From positions 240,001-272,000 of the forward strand of contig CP012986.1 in assembly GCA_001761425.1 (NCBI GenBank): a DNA stretch of 32,000 bases, in the 5' to 3' direction. Each line of letters begins with the position of its first letter. Within the stretch, counting starts at the first letter, position 1. Made by a program: the position numbers and the translations under genes. Positions 16,791 to 24,824 of this stretch are shown in pieces. Origin of the DNA: Candidatus Saccharimonadota bacterium (GTDB lineage: Archaea > Nanohalarchaeota > Nanosalinia > Nanosalinales > Nanosalinaceae). A model generated the notes under the pieces. It did not search any database, was not told the origin of the DNA, and saw only the letters and a program-made list of their open reading frames with translations.

Positions 16791-18008
16791 TTACCTTCTG
16801 TATCTTTTTTCTACCTGTTGCTGGAAGTCCATGAGGTGTTCTGTGATGACGGCGAATCCCTGATGTGGATGGTTGAAATACGAGAAGTAGTTGTGTACGC
16901 TGCCGTCTTCCATGGATTTGGTGGCGATATGGTGCAGGTGATCGCTTGTCAGGAACTTTCTCCAGACGTCTGTAACTTCCTCGTCGTCTATAGCCCTGAC
17001 TTTTTCCTCGATATCCTGAAGCCTCTGGAAAAGCATTTTCTGCATTTTGTTGCCGAGCCAGGCAGAGGCATCCATCTCCTGATCTGCCCATGAGACAGTA
17101 TTGTACTCGAAGGCATCGAACTTCCCGACAGGATCGCTGTTCTCTGCAATTTCTCTTACAGTGGAGAATTTCAGGTTATCGTGTTCGAAGACCTGCTGGG
17201 GTAGATCCTCCAGGAACCAGAGAATACCGGTCCCTTCCCAGTGATGCTCCCCGAACGTCTCGTAATCCATGAAAAGATTCAGCATATCGCCAGAAGCGTT
17301 CGAAAGCCATAGAGCGTACTTTTCCGCCGTCAACGGGTACTCATTCCACCACTCCGCAGAGAAACGGTAGCCGACGTCGTCCGTCAGTTTTCTGTTCCTC
17401 AATAAAATATTGTTCCCTTCCTCAGTCACGAAATCCGGCTGAGTATAGGCATGGTTCGGACTTCTCCAGCCTAACATCCTCGGAGCACCCTCCGTGAAAA
17501 TACCGTCGTAACCTTCCTCCGCAGCAACCTTTCCGATCTCATTATGGTAGATTAACTCTGTATTAGTCATGACCTGAGGCCTCCTACCGAAAGTATGCTC
17601 TATAATATCCCTATGCTTCCCTAACTGCCACCTGAATTCACTCTTGTCATGGAAAAGGCCTGAAAGCGAATGGTAATGTGTCTGACCGATGAAATCGACT
17701 GTCCCATCCGGAAACTGGTTCAGCATGTCGATAAGCTCTGGATGATACTTTTTCGCTTGTTCCACCCATGAACTCGAGATCGAGAAATTCACCTTGAACT
17801 CACGGTCCTCTCCCTCAAACTTCTTCGCATTCCTGAGAAGCCGTTCAGTCGCAGGGAAATAACAGTTCTCCGCGACATCCCTGAAAAAATGCTCGTTCAT
17901 CTCATCATCAAAATACCTTCCGTACAGGGTCGAGGCCTCCTCGTTAACGCCTTCTGTCCTCAAACGGTGAGGCTGATGTACCTCGAAGCTCAGGGATACG
18001 GGAAGCAT
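16791..18008 (-). CDS. glycoside hydrolase family 57 protein (alpha-glucan-active: amylase/branching/transferase type unresolved)
   Basis: N-terminal LSFEVHQPHRL (GH57 region I), GTVDFIGQTHYHS and MDYETFGEHHWEG blocks. ATG 18008 is preferred over the ORF-track GTG 18053 because the TATA box at 18031-18039 is centred 27 nt upstream. Confidence 0.8.
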   Translation of the reverse strand: MLPVSLSFEVHQPHRLRTEGVNEEASTLYGRYFDDEMNEHFFRDVAENCYFPATERLLRNAKKFEGEDREFKVNFSISSSWVEQAKKYHPELIDMLNQFPDGTVDFIGQTHYHSLSGLFHDKSEFRWQLGKHRDIIEHTFGRRPQVMTNTELIYHNEIGKVAAEEGYDGIFTEGAPRMLGWRSPNHAYTQPDFVTEEGNNILLRNRKLTDDVGYRFSAEWWNEYPLTAEKYALWLSNASGDMLNLFMDYETFGEHHWEGTGILWFLEDLPQQVFEHDNLKFSTVREIAENSDPVGKFDAFEYNTVSWADQEMDASAWLGNKMQKMLFQRLQDIEEKVRAIDDEEVTDVWRKFLTSDHLHHIATKSMEDGSVHNYFSYFNHPHQGFAVITEHLMDFQQQVEKRYRR

Positions 18009-18030
18009 GGATACAGATTCCAAGGCCTGA

Positions 18031-18039
18031 TTTATAACA
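18031..18039 (-). promoter_or_regulatory. TATA box (GTTATAAAT on the minus strand) for the GH57-kinase-hydrolase operon
   Basis: Centred 27 nt upstream of the ATG at 18008. Confidence 0.45.
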
Positions 18040-18085
18040 AGTCGTGTTGCCACGTAACGGGTAAAAGAAAAGGCCTTATACCAAG

Positions 18086-18094
18086 ATTAAAAAT
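18086..18094 (+). promoter_or_regulatory. TATA-like box (ATTAAAAAT) upstream of the small ORF
   Basis: Centred 27 nt upstream of the in-frame GTG at 18117. Confidence 0.3.
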
Positions 18095-18116
18095 CTACCA
18101 GTGGAAAATTACAACT

Positions 18117-18347
18117 GTGGAAGCTAAAATCACTGAGAAAAGTAACGGCCACCTGATCCGGATCAAAACAGACCAGGAAGTAGCATTAGCGGTTCAAAGC
18201 GAAGAAGGAGAGAGAATCTACCTTCCAGGAGAGGGAGGCTGCGATACAGCATACTACAGCGAAGACCCGACGTTTCTCACAGAGACAGAAAATGGCTACG
18301 CAGTTTTACATGAGGAAAGGCCTCAGAACATTGAAATAATCAATTAA
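18117..18347 (+). CDS. hypothetical small acidic protein (~76 aa)
   Basis: It is the only open frame filling the 331-nt gap 18009-18339 ((V/M)EAKITEKSNGHLIRIKTDQEVALAVQSEEGERIYLPGEGGCDTAYYSEDPTFLTETENGYAVLHEERPQNIEIIN). The composition is acidic like the rest of the proteome. The TATA-like box has leaderless spacing. The 3' end overlaps the convergent GT4 by 8 nt. The non-ATG start lowers confidence. Confidence 0.35.
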   Translation: MEAKITEKSNGHLIRIKTDQEVALAVQSEEGERIYLPGEGGCDTAYYSEDPTFLTETENGYAVLHEERPQNIEIIN

Positions 18348-19386
18348 CTTCTCTGTACAGCTCTACAAATTCTTCTGCCATTTCACTCCAGCTTCTTGAC
18401 TCGTATTCTGGCATCGGACCTTTTTCGACCGCGTTCTCAAGCCCCTGAGCAATCGAACCTGATTCAGGCCTTATCTCGGTTACAGCTTCAGTCTGGATCA
18501 GTTCGTTGACACCGCTTTCAGTCGCCAGAACTTGCGTACCGGATTCCAGAGCCTCTGTAATAGTCAGGCCGAACGGTTCGTTTATCGATGGCGAGACAAA
18601 GGCCTCAGCTTCTCTGTAGTAATCTCCAAGCTCTTTTGAGGGTATGAAACCTGTGAAATAGACTTTTCCATCAATGCCAAGTAATTCTGCAAAGTTTTCT
18701 AGAGGCCTTCTCAAGTGGCCGTCACCGCCGATGACCAGGGAAGCTTCGTTCCCGTTGTCAAGGAACTTTTTGAACCCGTAGAGAAGGTGTTCGATACCTT
18801 TCTGCTCTGCATGCCTCCCAACGAAAAATATCATATCCTCCTCGATATCTAACTCTTCTTTAACGTCTTTTCCAGTAGATGAGGGCTGCGAGAAGCCGTT
18901 GTAAATCACAGAGGCCTCCGCGCTGAACTTTCTCTCAAGGTCCTGTTTCAGGCCTTCGCTGACTGCTATAAGTTTATCAGGTTCTTCCGTTGCTACTTTT
19001 TCCAGTTTTTCGATCTTTTCCGATCCTGAATAAGTCCTGGATGAGGCCAGAGAATGTATAGTCGAGATCCAGGTTGTTTCAGAGTGTTTTGAGGTCTTGT
19101 ATCCTGCTTCTGCGCCGAACCAGTCGTTGGTATGTATTATGTCGAAATCCTGGGCTTTCTTCGCTATCTCTGCGCTCATCTTCCTGGCTTTCCATGTCAT
19201 ATCGCCGTCACCGGTCTCTACAGAGATTATATCCTCTCTTTCCGGCGCATTTTCCTCTGGTAGTGCCAGCTTCACGTCAAGGCCTTTCTTCTTCAGCTCC
19301 TGAAACAGGTGATATACATGGATGTCAAGGCCTCCCTCGATCTCTGGAGGGTAACCCCATCCTGTTAGAAGAATTTTCCTGTTCAT
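18340..19386 (-). CDS. GT-B glycosyltransferase, GT4-like, second copy
   Basis: N-terminal GWGYPPEIEGGLDIHV loop, HTNDW, and the C-terminal INEPFGLTITEALESG (E-x7-E) region. Confidence 0.8.
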   Translation of the reverse strand: MNRKILLTGWGYPPEIEGGLDIHVYHLFQELKKKGLDVKLALPEENAPEREDIISVETGDGDMTWKARKMSAEIAKKAQDFDIIHTNDWFGAEAGYKTSKHSETTWISTIHSLASSRTYSGSEKIEKLEKVATEEPDKLIAVSEGLKQDLERKFSAEASVIYNGFSQPSSTGKDVKEELDIEEDMIFFVGRHAEQKGIEHLLYGFKKFLDNGNEASLVIGGDGHLRRPLENFAELLGIDGKVYFTGFIPSKELGDYYREAEAFVSPSINEPFGLTITEALESGTQVLATESGVNELIQTEAVTEIRPESGSIAQGLENAVEKGPMPEYESRSWSEMAEEFVELYREVN

Positions 19387-19498
19387 CTTACTCTAGATTT
19401 CTTTACAGAGACTTCTTTTGAACTTTTCAAGGTCGTGTAGGCCTCTTTTTTGGATTGATAGATTTTTCGACTTCATGTAATTATCATGTATGTGTAGT

Positions 19499-20275
19499 TT
19501 AATTTTGTTTTCCGGTTTCTGGAGGCATTTCTTTTTCGAAAAATTCTACGGCGTATTCGGCGATTTTGTCCAGTTTTGTGTCGTAGCTGTGTGTAAGTCC
19601 TTCTACTTCTTTTAAATCAGCGTTTTCAAGTTTTTGAACTGCTTTTCTGGAGGCCTCAACAGGAACTACACTGTCTTCTGTTCCGTGGATGATTCTGACA
19701 GTGCATCTGGTCCCTGATAGAAGTTTTTCCTGATCCAGGTTTTCCTTTTGTCTGATTATTTCCTCATCTATCACGTATTTGTCTCTGACTCCTTTTTCTC
19801 TTGTTTTGGTCCAGTATCCGTTTTCTTCGAGTTCTCTCTGCTGTTTTTCTGTTAAACGGTCATCTGCGTAATCTGCGAGACTGTCTGTAACCGGCGAGGT
19901 CAGAAATATGGCTTCTACATCTTCAGAATTCCTGAGAGAGACTAGACCGCCCTGACTGTGTCCGTAGAGTCCAATATTATCGACTCCTCTGGACTCCAGG
20001 TATTCTCTGGCAACGCCTAGATCATGTACCTGTCTGTCAATTCTCAGCGGTTCGTCATCGCTTTCACCGCTTCCAGCGAAATCAAAAGCCAGGACGTTGT
20101 AGCCGGAACCGTTCAACTCTCTGGCGATAAAATCCAGGTAGCCCCACTCACTTTTATCTCCGGTATAACCGTGTGACAGGACTACTCCAGCATCTGAATC
20201 TGCTTTCCAGTAATTTCCTGTTAATTCCAGGTTTTCGCCGTCTTCTCTGGAGGTTTCAAACTTTACCTTTTCCAT
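19499..20275 (-). CDS. alpha/beta-fold hydrolase (serine hydrolase), copy 2
   Basis: VVLSHGYTGD, nucleophile elbow GHSQGG, IIHGTEDSVVP and GLTHSY. ATG 20275 (MEKVKFE...) is preferred. The ORF track extends to 20296. Confidence 0.75.
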   Translation of the reverse strand: MEKVKFETSREDGENLELTGNYWKADSDAGVVLSHGYTGDKSEWGYLDFIARELNGSGYNVLAFDFAGSGESDDEPLRIDRQVHDLGVAREYLESRGVDNIGLYGHSQGGLVSLRNSEDVEAIFLTSPVTDSLADYADDRLTEKQQRELEENGYWTKTREKGVRDKYVIDEEIIRQKENLDQEKLLSGTRCTVRIIHGTEDSVVPVEASRKAVQKLENADLKEVEGLTHSYDTKLDKIAEYAVEFFEKEMPPETGKQN

Positions 20276-20327
20276 ACCAAAAAAGCTGGGAACCAAAAAT
20301 TATGAAATTAAAGGAAAAAAGGGATTT

Positions 20328-21353
20328 TTACATGATCTCCATTGATTTGTTCGTCTCCGCTATGGAGGCCTCTTTCCCCTCCATGTCGAACATTGAACGG
20401 ATTGCGTCCACGTTTTCAGGTACTACGATCGATTCCTGATGGACCATGTGGATCCAGTAAACAGTTCTATCGTCAACTGTTACTGTTTCCTTCCAGACGC
20501 CGGCTTCCTGCATATCAGCTCTCTTCCGGCCTAGATCACGCATCTGCTCGTGGACTTTTCCTGTAGAGTCAAATCCTTCGTCTGCCTCGATCAGATTGAC
20601 ACGTGGCTGATTCTCGAAGGCCTCTAAAACATCCTCTTCAGAAAGTTCTTCCTCTAGCTCTGCGTTGACCATGTGGACGTGTCCATAGGTTACTGGAACC
20701 TTTACAGCCAGAGTCTTGATATCTAGTTCAGGCATAACAGCCTGAACATCCGGTCCGTGATGCGAAGGCACTTCTGTAACCGGTATTGTCGAGTTGACCG
20801 GGCCTCTACCGTCCTGAGGGATATCGCCCGCTCTTCTGACAAGTGAGGCGACAGCTTCGTTAACTCCAAAGGCCTCATCAACAGCACTCATTGTTCTGGA
20901 GAGAGAGGTTGTGTTACAGCTTACTACTTTCACGAAGTCCTCTCCACGTGCTTTTTCGTAGTTTGCGTCGGCGTTGAACTTAACCTCTGCGATATCATCC
21001 GCTGCTCCGCCCTGAAAAATTGCTTTTACGTCGTGAGGTTCGTAGAGGTTTTCCTTGTTCATTTCATCGACTCCTGGCGGGGTCGCATCTACAACAATAT
21101 CCACTTCATCCATCTGATCCTCCAGAAGGCCTTCTACATGCATCCCGTCTTCCTGTAACTGTTCCAGGCCTTTATCGTTTGAAGCGTAGAGGTCTGTTCC
21201 GTGTAGTTCTCCTTCCGGTGATAGAAGGGTTATAAGGCCCTGTCCTGCTGAGACTTCTGAGAGGCCGTATAGCTCCATGTCGTCCTGTTTGTTTACGGCT
21301 TCCGCCACTCTTTTTCCGATCGTTCCGATCCCGTTTACAACGACTTTTACCAT
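20328..21353 (-). CDS. gap: glyceraldehyde-3-phosphate dehydrogenase, archaeal type II
   Basis: VNGIGTIGKRVAEAV Rossmann motif, catalytic VVSCNTTSL and VPSHHGPDV. The start is ATG 21353 (MVKVVVNG...). GTG 21368 is possible. Confidence 0.9.
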   Translation of the reverse strand: MVKVVVNGIGTIGKRVAEAVNKQDDMELYGLSEVSAGQGLITLLSPEGELHGTDLYASNDKGLEQLQEDGMHVEGLLEDQMDEVDIVVDATPPGVDEMNKENLYEPHDVKAIFQGGAADDIAEVKFNADANYEKARGEDFVKVVSCNTTSLSRTMSAVDEAFGVNEAVASLVRRAGDIPQDGRGPVNSTIPVTEVPSHHGPDVQAVMPELDIKTLAVKVPVTYGHVHMVNAELEEELSEEDVLEAFENQPRVNLIEADEGFDSTGKVHEQMRDLGRKRADMQEAGVWKETVTVDDRTVYWIHMVHQESIVVPENVDAIRSMFDMEGKEASIAETNKSMEIM

Positions 21354-21399
21354 AATTTCACGTAACACATTTCCCTCGGTCGAATAAAAAGAATTAATC

Positions 21400-22209
21400 T
21401 TGGCAAAAACTTTTCAGCAGACAGATACAGGTTTTTCTATGGAACAGCTCTTCGAAAAACTGGAGAGGCCTTCAGACACGCATAAAGGCCAGAACGGTAG
21501 AGTACTTGTTATCGGCGGAAGCGGAAAATATACTGGGGCGCCAGCACTTTCCGCCCGGGCAGCACTGAGAGCAGGAGCCGACCTGGTTAAAGTACTGACA
21601 GCGGAAGAGGCAAAACCTGCTGTCCAGAGCTTCTCGGAGAACCTGATAGTCGAAAGCTACGGCGATGAATTTGATGAAAGCTCTCTGGAAAAGGCCTGGG
21701 AACTAGATGACTGGGCCGATACCACGGTTATAGGGCCAGGTCTTATCGATTTCGACGAGAAGGCCTTGAAAAAGTTCGCGGAGAAAGCACAGGATCTTGT
21801 GATAGACGCAGGAGCTATAAAGCACCTGCTCGAGTTCCAGACTCATGTATTTACTCCTCACTCCGGCGAAGCAAAAATTATGCGAGAAAAGTATGGTTCT
21901 GAGAAGGCCTTCGCCTCTGAAACCGGTAACACTGTCCTGCTTAAAGGAGAGGTCGATAAAATTTTTTCTGGAGACAAAACAGCGGATAATAGAACTGGCT
22001 GCGCCGGTATGACGGTCGGCGGCACCGGTGATGTCCTCACAGGTATAGTTGCTTCCTTCAGGTCTCAAGGACTTAGTAAATTCGAGGCTTCAAGGCTTGC
22101 AGCCTTTGTAAATGGGAAGGCTGGTGAAAAGGCCTTTGAAGAGTTCGGTAATGGCCTTGTTGCGACTGATCTGATAGATGAGGTTCCAGAAATTCTGAAA
22201 ATGGAGTAG
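21400..22209 (+). CDS. nnrD: ADP-dependent NAD(P)H-hydrate dehydratase (YjeF C-terminal / carbohydrate-kinase-like domain)
   Basis: HKGQNGRVLVIGGS..YTGAPALSARAALRAGADLV and the C-terminal GGTGDVLTGI. The start is uncertain: TTG 21400 in the ORF track, or ATG 21439. Confidence 0.85.
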   Translation: MAKTFQQTDTGFSMEQLFEKLERPSDTHKGQNGRVLVIGGSGKYTGAPALSARAALRAGADLVKVLTAEEAKPAVQSFSENLIVESYGDEFDESSLEKAWELDDWADTTVIGPGLIDFDEKALKKFAEKAQDLVIDAGAIKHLLEFQTHVFTPHSGEAKIMREKYGSEKAFASETGNTVLLKGEVDKIFSGDKTADNRTGCAGMTVGGTGDVLTGIVASFRSQGLSKFEASRLAAFVNGKAGEKAFEEFGNGLVATDLIDEVPEILKME

Positions 22210-22213
22210 CGTG

Positions 22214-22765
22214 TTATTTTTCGAATGTGTCGTGGTATGCGTTTTTTCGTTTCCAGCCGGGTTTGAACTCGTAGTTGATACCTGAGTCCTTGATTTTTTC
22301 CAGGTATTCTTCCAGCTGGTCTTCACTGCACTGTGGGACGAGGTAGCGCCATTCTTCGCCTGAACGAATTCTTCTCCTGACTTCGGTCCCTGAATAAATT
22401 TCTGGGTCGTACATGTTCTGTTCGATAAGCTCCAGATCTTCATCTTCGTTTACAAGATCTTTTACAAGGGAGTTCTGGGAGATAACTCTTTCTATCCCAA
22501 GGCCTTTCAGCTTCTCAAGCCATCTTCTGTTTCCTTCTTCATCTTGGTCTTCGTCCTCGAGATTCAGGATTTCCAGATCTGAGAAACAGGCCTTGATCAG
22601 TTTTTCACGTTCTTCAGAGGTAAGAGGATTTTTTTCTTCCCTGCTTTTCCCTGAACTGCCGATGACTACGGCGAAGTTTTCTTCGTCTCTGTGGTCCTCT
22701 ATAACTTTTTTGTGGCCCTGATGCATGGGCTGGAAACGACCAAGAAAGACGGTTTTATCGGTCAT
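22214..22765 (-). CDS. nadM: nicotinamide-nucleotide adenylyltransferase, archaeal type
   Basis: GRFQPMHQGHKKVIE (the (H/T)xGH nucleotidyltransferase motif) and YSGTEVRRRIRSGEEWRYLVP, which closely parallels archaeal NMNATs. Confidence 0.88.
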   Translation of the reverse strand: MTDKTVFLGRFQPMHQGHKKVIEDHRDEENFAVVIGSSGKSREEKNPLTSEEREKLIKACFSDLEILNLEDEDQDEEGNRRWLEKLKGLGIERVISQNSLVKDLVNEDEDLELIEQNMYDPEIYSGTEVRRRIRSGEEWRYLVPQCSEDQLEEYLEKIKDSGINYEFKPGWKRKNAYHDTFEK

Positions 22766-22808
22766 AATTCTATCTTTTTCGGAACTTCTAAAACTCTAGG
22801 CCATGTTT

Positions 22809-23369
22809 CTAGTTGAAGGCCTTTTCTCCTGCGTTTCTTACATCTGAAAGAGTCAGCTCCGGGAACTTCTCTAAATCATGTTCTTCCAGAAGTTTTTCGC
22901 CTACCAGGGCCTTTACCTGCCAGGAAAAGTCTTCGTATGCTTCGGTGGAAAGCATGCTCTCTAATTTACCTTCTTTTTCCATCCATTCGTCTGAGAAATC
23001 TTTCTCAACTTCTCTGCTCTCACCGGTTTCTTCCAGAAGCATAAGGCCTGTTACGGAGGCCAGGAACTTCTCCCAGACAAAGTCGATGCTTCCCTTGTTT
23101 TCCCGGAACCAGGCCTCTCCGTAACAGTTCACAGCGGTTTTTTGGAGTTGAGCTTTCCATCCGTCTATCCTGGGATTGAAAAATAGCTGTAAAGTCTCTT
23201 CGCTTTCCGCGAGTCCGTGTCCGCCTCTTCTGTCATCAGAAGACGCTCCCAGGTTCACTTCAAGGCTTTTCTCCTTCTCCAGAACAAATTTGCAGCTTTC
23301 CAGGCCTCCTTCGACGGTTCTCCTGGCTTCTTCTAATTCGTGTCTTTCAGGCCTTACTGTGAAACTCAT
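22809..23369 (-). CDS. hypothetical protein (acidic, no recognisable motif)
   Basis: Long ORF with proteome-typical composition. ATG 23369-23367 forms an ATGA overlap with the redoxin stop (23368-23366), implying translational coupling. Confidence 0.6.
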   Translation of the reverse strand: MSFTVRPERHELEEARRTVEGGLESCKFVLEKEKSLEVNLGASSDDRRGGHGLAESEETLQLFFNPRIDGWKAQLQKTAVNCYGEAWFRENKGSIDFVWEKFLASVTGLMLLEETGESREVEKDFSDEWMEKEGKLESMLSTEAYEDFSWQVKALVGEKLLEEHDLEKFPELTLSDVRNAGEKAFN

Positions 23370-23929
23370 TCTTCTTCCTCTTTCCATTTTATTGAACAGC
23401 CTTGAGAAGGCTCCTGGTCCTCTGGAGGTTCTTTCCTCTTCAGCATTTTCTGGATAGCATCTTTCACATCCCTGTTTTCCACTTCGTCGTTAGGCCCGGT
23501 CTTATCGTTCAAACGTCCGTGGTAGAAGACTGTGTGTCTGTAATCCAGGAGGAAAGGGTCTGGTGTACAGCGGGCGCCGTATTTTTCTGCGATCTCCTGA
23601 TCTGGATCTGCCAGATAGTAGAAGTGCGGAGAGTTAAGGCCTTCGTCTTCGATAAAGCCTCCCATTTTTTCGACAGTGTCCATAGGATGTGTCTCTGCGT
23701 TCGGGTTGATGCCGACGATGGCGATGCTGTTAAATTCTTCATCCAGCTTTCTCAGTTCTTCTGTCTGGGCCTTGACGTATGGGCAGTGGTTGCACATGAA
23801 GACGACCAGAACGCCGTCGTAGTTGTCGAGGTCGCTTAACTCGACTTTCTGTCCTTCATAGTTTTCCAGTTCGAACTCTGGTGCCTGATCGCCGATCTCC
23901 AGCTTTTCCTCAGAACTTATCTTGCTCAT
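23366..23929 (-). CDS. thioredoxin-fold redoxin (TlpA/AhpC-TSA-like thiol-disulfide oxidoreductase)
   Basis: VVFMCNHCPYVKA C-x-x-C motif in a thioredoxin-fold context. ATG 23929 (MSKISSEEK...) is preferred. The ORF track starts at TTG 23956. Confidence 0.75.
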   Translation of the reverse strand: MSKISSEEKLEIGDQAPEFELENYEGQKVELSDLDNYDGVLVVFMCNHCPYVKAQTEELRKLDEEFNSIAIVGINPNAETHPMDTVEKMGGFIEDEGLNSPHFYYLADPDQEIAEKYGARCTPDPFLLDYRHTVFYHGRLNDKTGPNDEVENRDVKDAIQKMLKRKEPPEDQEPSQGCSIKWKEEEE

Positions 23930-23974
23930 AACCAGAAAAGGCCTTTCAAGCTTCAAGTGGGTTGTCCGAAGGAA

Positions 23975-23982
23975 GTTTAAAC
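23975..23982. promoter_or_regulatory. palindromic TATA-like box GTTTAAAC in the divergent redoxin/FBA region
   Basis: Centred about 27 nt upstream of the FBA ATG at 24006. Being palindromic, it could also serve the divergent redoxin gene. Confidence 0.4.
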
Positions 23983-24005
23983 GACGAAAAGTAATACGAC
24001 GTAAT

Positions 24006-24815
24006 ATGAAGGATATAGATGATTCCTCGATAGTGCGTAACGGTAACTCTCTGATCGTAGCTTATGACCATGGAACGGAGCATGGACCTGTCGACTTTGA
24101 GCCGAACCCGGAAAGTGCGGATCCACAGCACGTATTTGACGTGGCGAAACACAATGCAGTCACAGCCCTGGCGGTTCAGAAAGGAGTCGCAGAGGCCTTC
24201 AGAGAGCTGGACGACAGCGACGAAGTCAACCTTCTAGTGAAGCTGAATGGAAACTCGGCTCTTCCAAAGCGAGAGGATTATTATTCTCCGAAGCAATGCT
24301 CTGTCCAGTACGCTGTCGAGGAGCTAGGTGCGGAGGCTGTCGGATACACGATGTACCAGGGAAGTATCAACGAAGACAGGATGTGGGGAGAGTTCAGAGA
24401 GGTACAGGAAGAAGCACGGAAATACGGCGTACCTGTAGTTATGTGGAGCTATCCAAGAGGAAAAGGTATTGAAGAAAACCCGGATTACAGCGGGCAGAAA
24501 GATCCGGAGGTAGTAGCTTACGGAGCACGACTAGGCCTTGAGCTTGGCGCCGACATGGTAAAATGCAAATACCCTGGAAAACAGGATGACTGGAAAAAAC
24601 TGGAGAAAAACATTGGCGAGATGAAATCGGTCATGAGCGGAGGCTCCAAAAGATCGGATAGGGCCTTCCTCCAGGACGTTCACGCAACGATTGAAGTCGG
24701 GGGAAACGGCCTTGCAGTGGGAAGAAATGTCTTCCAGAGGGAAGATCCAGGGGAGCTGCTGGATAAGCTTGAAGGAATCATTTTCGAAGGAAAAACTCCG
24801 GAAGAAGTACTTTAA
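24006..24815 (+). CDS. class I fructose-bisphosphate aldolase, archaeal type (DhnA/FbaB family)
   Basis: IVAYDHG...GADMVKCKYPG (Schiff-base Lys region)...GGNGLAVGRNVFQ. It lies directly upstream of FBPase. The homologous ADH synthase function cannot be excluded from sequence alone. The first 28 codons of the ORF-track frame are rejected (basic, upstream of the TATA). Confidence 0.75.
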   Translation: MKDIDDSSIVRNGNSLIVAYDHGTEHGPVDFEPNPESADPQHVFDVAKHNAVTALAVQKGVAEAFRELDDSDEVNLLVKLNGNSALPKREDYYSPKQCSVQYAVEELGAEAVGYTMYQGSINEDRMWGEFREVQEEARKYGVPVVMWSYPRGKGIEENPDYSGQKDPEVVAYGARLGLELGADMVKCKYPGKQDDWKKLEKNIGEMKSVMSGGSKRSDRAFLQDVHATIEVGGNGLAVGRNVFQREDPGELLDKLEGIIFEGKTPEEVL

Positions 24816-24824
24816 AGGAAAAAG

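Noticed and set aside
23922-24005. N-terminal extensions in the ORF track: FBA from 23922, LTD protein from 31274, beta-helix protein from 29852, and redoxin, GDE, TPI, GH57 and GAPDH from alternative TTG/GTG codons.
   Set aside because: The extensions are basic or hydrophobic and non-homologous to the family N-termini. They overlap divergent genes or lie upstream of the TATA-like boxes. Internal ATGs give canonical N-termini.
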